Below are positions 46,392 through 52,166 of a DNA stretch of 52,166 bases, one piece after another (positions within the stretch are counted from its first letter, which is position 1; each line of letters begins with the position of its first letter). The position numbers and the translations under genes were made by a program. The notes under the pieces are model-generated. The model had not been told where the DNA came from. It ran no database searches and was given only the letters and a program-made list of their open reading frames with translations. Source of the DNA: an uncultured Gammaproteobacteria bacterium. Lineage in GTDB: Bacteria; Patescibacteriota; Patescibacteriia; Magasanikbacterales; GWA2-37-8. Location: the NCBI GenBank assembly GCA_964516735.1, contig CAZEYR010000002.1, positions 1 through 52,166 on the forward strand. Reading direction: 5' to 3'.

Positions 46392-46850
46392 TTAGTTAGT
46401 TCGCTTAATCCGATTCCAAAATTTACTAGTAAACAAATGACGAATTGAATTAAAATATCCAATATTCAATAAAACAAAAATGGTAATAATGGCGGCGTCA
46501 TAGCTTTGCCTAACCCAATAATCATCCTCCAGTCTAATCCACATTCCAAACTCATCGACGGTTAGGCCCAAACCAACTCCGTATAACATTAATGCGAAAT
46601 AAAAACGCTTTGTTTCTGGTTCTGGTCGACGAATAAACATGTATAAACCAACCACGGCAATAATAAATACACCATAGGCAAAATGATGAATATGTACCCC
46701 GTGTATAGTTAGAAAAAAATTTGGCATCATTCGGTCTAAAACCAAATAAACTGTCAATCTGGATAAAATGAAAGTGATTAAAAAAGTAAAAACTATTACA
46801 CCAATTATTTTTTTAGCAGTCGGATTATTTAATGGGCCGAGTATGGGCAT
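46392..46850 (-). CDS. hypothetical membrane protein (4 TM)
   Basis: 152 aa, hydrophobic, no recognised motif. Confidence 0.5.
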   Translation of the reverse strand: MPILGPLNNPTAKKIIGVIVFTFLITFILSRLTVYLVLDRMMPNFFLTIHGVHIHHFAYGVFIIAVVGLYMFIRRPEPETKRFYFALMLYGVGLGLTVDEFGMWIRLEDDYWVRQSYDAAIITIFVLLNIGYFNSIRHLFTSKFWNRIKRTN

Positions 46851-46894
46851 AAAATTATTTTAAACTAATCAAAGGCGTAAACGATCCGCATAAT

Positions 46895-48652
46895 TTATTG
46901 GATAAAACCCCCAGCTTGTAAATTCCAGAGCTTGTTATAAATACCGTCTTTTTTTGCCAATAGCCCTGTGTGAGTTCCGTCTTCTTCGACTCGGCCTCTT
47001 TCTATCACCAAAATCCTATCCATTTTCATAATTGTAGATAGACGATGCGCTATTACAATAACCGTTTTGTTTTCCATCAAGCTATTCATTGCCGCTTGTA
47101 TTAAATGTTCAGACTCGGAGTCTAAGCTGGAAGTCGCTTCATCTAAAACCAAAATCGGAGCGTTGTGTAAAATAGCTCGAGCAATCGCCACTCTTTGTCT
47201 CTCTCCGCCAGATAATTTAACCCCTCTTTCTCCCACAAAGGTATTATAACCATCTGGTAGATTTTTAATAAAGTCATGGCAATAAGCTAATTTTGCAGCG
47301 GTGATAACCTCTTTATCTGTCGCTTCTTCTCGTCCGTAGCGTATATTTTCCATCAAGGAACGATGAAACAAGATTGGATCTTGCGGTACCATACTAACAT
47401 TTTTCCACAGACTCTCCTGAGTAACTTTAGCAATATCTTGTCCGTCGATTTCTATTGCACCATTTTTTATCCCGTACATTCTTAGTAGCATTTTAACAAT
47501 TGTAGTCTTGCCTGCTCCGGACGGGCCAACCAAAGCCACTTTTTGTTTAGAGAAAATTTTCAAATTTAAATTTGAAAAAACTTTTTTAGAATCAGCATAT
47601 TCAAAAGATACCTTTTTAAATTCTACTTCTCCCTGAGTCACTTTTAATTTTTTTGCCTTCGGCGCATCGATAATTTCATGCGGGGTATTTAACACCTCGG
47701 TCATTTCCTCAGCTTCTGCCAGATCCTCATACGATCGTTGAATAACTTTTCCAAAATCGCCTATTCTTAACAGAATTGTAACTACATAAGTTTGTAATAA
47801 AACAAAATCACCAGCGGTAAAAAGGCCTTTTTTCCATAAAAATATCGCATAATAAAAAACTCCGATTTCCAAACCAATAACTAACAAAGTTTGTACTGAT
47901 TCAAACGCTGTACTCATTCCCCAGGTGTAAGCCCGTAATTTTCTTACTTTTTCTGTAATAAAAGCAAAGTCTTTAACCTCTTTCGCATATCCTCCAAACA
48001 ATTTAACATTGGCATTATTAGTAATAGTGTCGGCTAACAAAGCAGTGGAACGAGAATCGGCAGCGCTTCTTTCCACATCATATTTTAATTTATACCTAGT
48101 AAATATCCAATTAATAATTAAAAATAACACTATCCAAACAATTATTCCTAGTCCAATCACTTGATTCCGCCACAAAAGCACAACAATAATAGCCACAATG
48201 TTTACCACCAGCGGCATAAATCTAAAAATAAAATTGTCAAATAAACTTTCAAACGATCTAGTAAAACGATTAACCTTTTTTACTAGTGAACCGACAAAAT
48301 TATTATTAAAATAAGAGAAGGAATGTTTATGCAAATATTCAAAACAAACATTTGATAAATCAGCAATAATTTTTGACTCAAAAAAAACTACCCCAAACAA
48401 AGCAATTCTTCCAAACGACCATTTTATAATTTCTAAAAGAGCTATTACTAATAATATTTTAAACAAAATACCGGAGGCAAAAATTTTATCTGTCGATGCT
48501 AAAACATCAAAAAAATCTTTAAAATATAGCGGAATAATAATATTTAATATACCAGCCACAGTCATGGAAGATAAAATTGCTAACATTAAAAAAAACCGTG
48601 TTTTGGCATGTTCCCAATATATCTTAAAAGTTTGTTTAGTCCTGTATTGCAT
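46895..48652 (-). CDS. ABC exporter, fused permease/ATPase (MsbA/type I exporter-like)
   Basis: 6 TM N-terminal domain; GPSGAGKTT (Walker A), LSGGERQR (signature), ILVLDEATS (Walker B). Confidence 0.9.
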   Translation of the reverse strand: MQYRTKQTFKIYWEHAKTRFFLMLAILSSMTVAGILNIIIPLYFKDFFDVLASTDKIFASGILFKILLVIALLEIIKWSFGRIALFGVVFFESKIIADLSNVCFEYLHKHSFSYFNNNFVGSLVKKVNRFTRSFESLFDNFIFRFMPLVVNIVAIIVVLLWRNQVIGLGIIVWIVLFLIINWIFTRYKLKYDVERSAADSRSTALLADTITNNANVKLFGGYAKEVKDFAFITEKVRKLRAYTWGMSTAFESVQTLLVIGLEIGVFYYAIFLWKKGLFTAGDFVLLQTYVVTILLRIGDFGKVIQRSYEDLAEAEEMTEVLNTPHEIIDAPKAKKLKVTQGEVEFKKVSFEYADSKKVFSNLNLKIFSKQKVALVGPSGAGKTTIVKMLLRMYGIKNGAIEIDGQDIAKVTQESLWKNVSMVPQDPILFHRSLMENIRYGREEATDKEVITAAKLAYCHDFIKNLPDGYNTFVGERGVKLSGGERQRVAIARAILHNAPILVLDEATSSLDSESEHLIQAAMNSLMENKTVIVIAHRLSTIMKMDRILVIERGRVEEDGTHTGLLAKKDGIYNKLWNLQAGGFIQ

Positions 48653-48719
48653 ATTTTATTCTATGACCATAAAAACTCAGCTTGTTTTTAAGCTCTGATT
48701 AATAGATTTATACTTAATT

Positions 48720-48866
48720 TTACTCGCAATCTTTACAATCTCGATCATCGCAAGCACATCCACACTCTTTTTCGCAAGCACAACAATGGGTGCAAAGGCT
48801 AGTGTTACATGGACAGGAAGTACCCTCATTTTCTAAGGGCATTCCACACTTTGAACAATTATCCAT
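48720..48866 (-). CDS. cysteine-rich mini-protein, 48 aa, 13 Cys (not in the ORF track)
   Basis: Hand translation: MDNCSKCGMPLENEGTSCPCNTSLCTHCCACEKECGCACDDRDCKDCE. An extended -10 box TGATATAAT lies upstream, just after the atpC terminator. A weak hairpin plus T-run lies downstream. Confidence 0.45.
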   Translation of the reverse strand: MDNCSKCGMPLENEGTSCPCNTSLCTHCCACEKECGCACDDRDCKDCE

Positions 48867-48904
48867 ATATTTAAATTAAAAACTATCCTTATTATATCAC
48901 GTTT

Positions 48905-48931
48905 AAAAAACCCAGCGCAATGGCTGGGTTT
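48905..48931 (-). terminator. intrinsic terminator after atpC
   Basis: On the minus strand: CCCAGC-CATTGC-GCTGGG followed by TTTTTT. Confidence 0.65.
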
Positions 48932-48935
48932 AGGC

Positions 48936-49373
48936 TTATTTTTGCGGGTTTTGTGGTAATTTTCTATATTTTTGACCAACTTTTAAACGATTAAGAGCTT
49001 TTTCTAAATTAACCTGGATGGCTACATAGTCCACATCTTCCTTACTTCTAGCCTCGGACATTAATTTTTCAGCCTTTGCTTTGGCAGCCTCAGCCCGAGT
49101 AATATCAATTTCTGTGGCTTGTTCGGCCGTATCCGCCAAAATTACTACTGAATTGTCGGGTTTAATCTCCACAAAACCACCGGACACAGCCAAAACATAC
49201 TCTTGGCCATCCTTTTTATAACGCATTTCCCCCGGTTTGAGTACAGAAACCAAGGGCACATGGTGAGCCAAGACGGTAATTTCGCCGTCTTTTGTCATCA
49301 TGGTAATTTGATCGATCTGTTCGGAAAAAACAACTTTTTCAGGAGTAACAATTTTAAAATTTATTTTTTCCAT
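48936..49373 (-). CDS. atpC: F0F1 ATP synthase subunit epsilon
   Basis: Beta-sandwich N-domain (KIVTPEKVVF...ITMMTKDGEITVLAHHVPL) plus a helical C-terminus. Follows atpD. Confidence 0.9.
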   Translation of the reverse strand: MEKINFKIVTPEKVVFSEQIDQITMMTKDGEITVLAHHVPLVSVLKPGEMRYKKDGQEYVLAVSGGFVEIKPDNSVVILADTAEQATEIDITRAEAAKAKAEKLMSEARSKEDVDYVAIQVNLEKALNRLKVGQKYRKLPQNPQK

Positions 49374-49377
49374 AAAA

Positions 49378-50754
<1,377 letters not shown>

Positions 50755-50760
50755 TTATAG

Positions 50761-51675
50761 TTATTCTAACGCCGCGGCGCCGCCAACGATTTCAGCAATC
50801 TCTTGGGTAATCGCCGACTGACGAGCTTTGTTGTAAGTATAATTTAACTCTTTTATAATTTCTTGAGCAGAATCTGAAGCATTTCTCATTGCTACCATGC
50901 GAGCACTATGCTCAGAGGCATCAGATTCCAATATTGCCTGATAAACCTGCATTTCTACTAATTTTGGAATCAGCACATCCAACACATCGCTCGGACTTGG
51001 TTCAAATTTAAATTCAACCTCATCATTCTTTTTAATTTCGCCCTTGGTGCGATTGAATTCATTTTGGGCTTTTCCTAACATGTAATCTCTATCCTGCAAT
51101 GGTAGAATTTGTTTTATTCTTGGGGCCTGTTTGATAGCTGAAACATAATCAGTATAAGCCACCATCAAACGGTCATATTTTTTATTAATATAATCCTTAA
51201 TTGTATTCCTAATCATCGGTAAAATCTCTTCAATTTTAGTAGTTAAGTCAATTTTATCAAATTCAGCCACTACTTTGTGGCCAAAATTTTTATAAATTTT
51301 GCGACCACGACGACCCATTAAAATAATTTCTACTTCTACTTTTTCCTCAGCTTGTATTTTTTTGATAAAAGCATCGGCTTCCATTAGTAGTTTACTAGAG
51401 AATCCTCCGGCCATTCCCCGATTACTGGTTATAAAAATTAAACCGACTTTTTTAGTTGGACGAGTTTTTAAAAGTGGGTGAAACTCTGTTTCGGTTTTTT
51501 TAGCCACATCTAATAACATCTTCCATGCTAAATCAGCATAATTTCTAGTCGCTAAAACATTGGACACCGCTTTGCGCATTTTTACAGCAGAGATCATCTC
51601 CATGGCCTTGGTCAATTTTTTAGTACTGCCAACGGATTTGATGCGACGTTTAATTGTTTTGGTATTTACTGCCAT
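50761..51675 (-). CDS. atpG: F0F1 ATP synthase subunit gamma
   Basis: N-terminal IKRRIKSVGSTKKLTKAMEMISAVKMRKA and C-terminal ARQSAITQEIAEIVGGAAALE are gamma signatures. Confidence 0.92.
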   Translation of the reverse strand: MAVNTKTIKRRIKSVGSTKKLTKAMEMISAVKMRKAVSNVLATRNYADLAWKMLLDVAKKTETEFHPLLKTRPTKKVGLIFITSNRGMAGGFSSKLLMEADAFIKKIQAEEKVEVEIILMGRRGRKIYKNFGHKVVAEFDKIDLTTKIEEILPMIRNTIKDYINKKYDRLMVAYTDYVSAIKQAPRIKQILPLQDRDYMLGKAQNEFNRTKGEIKKNDEVEFKFEPSPSDVLDVLIPKLVEMQVYQAILESDASEHSARMVAMRNASDSAQEIIKELNYTYNKARQSAITQEIAEIVGGAAALE

Positions 51676-51683
51676 AAAAAGTA

Positions 51684-52166
51684 CTATCTCTTTTTAAACT
51701 CTTCAATTGCACTTTTTAATTCTGTTTCTACCTCTTTATCCCATTCCCCCTTAGTGATTTTATCCATCAACGGTGCTTTTACCTTATTCATAAATTCGTG
51801 AAATTTAATTTCCCAAACTCGCACCTCTTTTACTGGTACATCGGTCGCATAGCCATTTGATACGGCATAAATAATTGCCACTTGATTGGCCACTGGCATT
51901 GGTTGATACTGAGGTTGTTTCAAAATTTCTACTAGACGAGAACCTTGGTCAATCTGTTTTTTAGTTTCAGCATCCAAATCGCTAGCAAACTGAGCGAAGG
52001 CTTCCAACTCACGGAATTGGGCCATACTTAATTTCATTTTACCAGCGACTTTCTTCATTGGTTTAGTCTGAGCATCACCACCGACGCGAGATACTGAAAT
52101 ACCGATATTCAAAGCCGGACGAATACCACGATAAAATAAATCACTTTCCAAGAAGATCTGACCATC
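51684..52166 (-). CDS. atpA: F0F1 ATP synthase subunit alpha, C-terminal part (gene continues beyond the window)
   Basis: The frame is open to the window edge ([29 protein letters not shown]...), matching the conserved alpha C-terminal region. The tracked M at 52151 is an internal TTG Leu. Confidence 0.93.
   Translation of the reverse strand, partial: DGQIFLESDLFYRGIRPALNIGISVSRVGGDAQTKPMKKVAGKMKLSMAQFRELEAFAQFASDLDAETKKQIDQGSRLVEILKQPQYQPMPVANQVAIIYAVSNGYATDVPVKEVRVWEIKFHEFMNKVKAPLMDKITKGEWDKEVETELKSAIEEFKKR

Overview
This is an AT-rich, tightly packed 52 kb chromosomal segment made up almost entirely of housekeeping genes. I saw no rRNA, tRNA, CRISPR array, transposase or prophage signature.

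Plus-strand block: alaS, a GtrA-like gene, the infA-rpmJ-rpsM-rpsK-rpsD-rpoA-rplQ-rplM-rpsI ribosomal/RNAP cluster, and a glycan-assembly cassette (flippase, GT4, GT2).

Minus-strand block: O-antigen-ligase-like gene, fmt, def, priA, a LigB-like gene, a DD-carboxypeptidase and clpB.

Mixed block: trmB, a TagA-like GT, gltX, an M23 peptidase, ddl, xer, ftsQ-like, alr, serS, rdgB-nudix, lysS and greA.

Long minus-strand run: mrdA-mreD-mreC-mreB, a DUF721/DciA-like gene, a UvrD-type helicase-nuclease, an ABC exporter, and atpC-atpD-atpG-atpA (partial).

Several traits fit a reduced-genome Patescibacteria/CPR-type bacterium, though this is inference only: short intergenic spacers, mostly Shine-Dalgarno-less starts, truncated AlaRS/RpoA/L13 and several domain fusions.

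Most unusual loci:
- A G+C-rich stand-alone transcription unit at 18722-19100. It has perfectly nested long-range helices and RNase-P-like motifs, and overlaps a 58-codon zinc-ribbon ORF.
- An untracked 48-codon ORF with 13 cysteines between atpC and the ABC exporter.
- A roughly 150 nt three-hairpin element between infA and rpmJ.
- A PriA whose Walker A and DEEH motifs appear lost.
- A CIRCE-like operator on the clpB promoter.
- A His/Cys-rich insertion in Ddl.
- Two fusion enzymes, ThpR-PPase and RdgB-Nudix.
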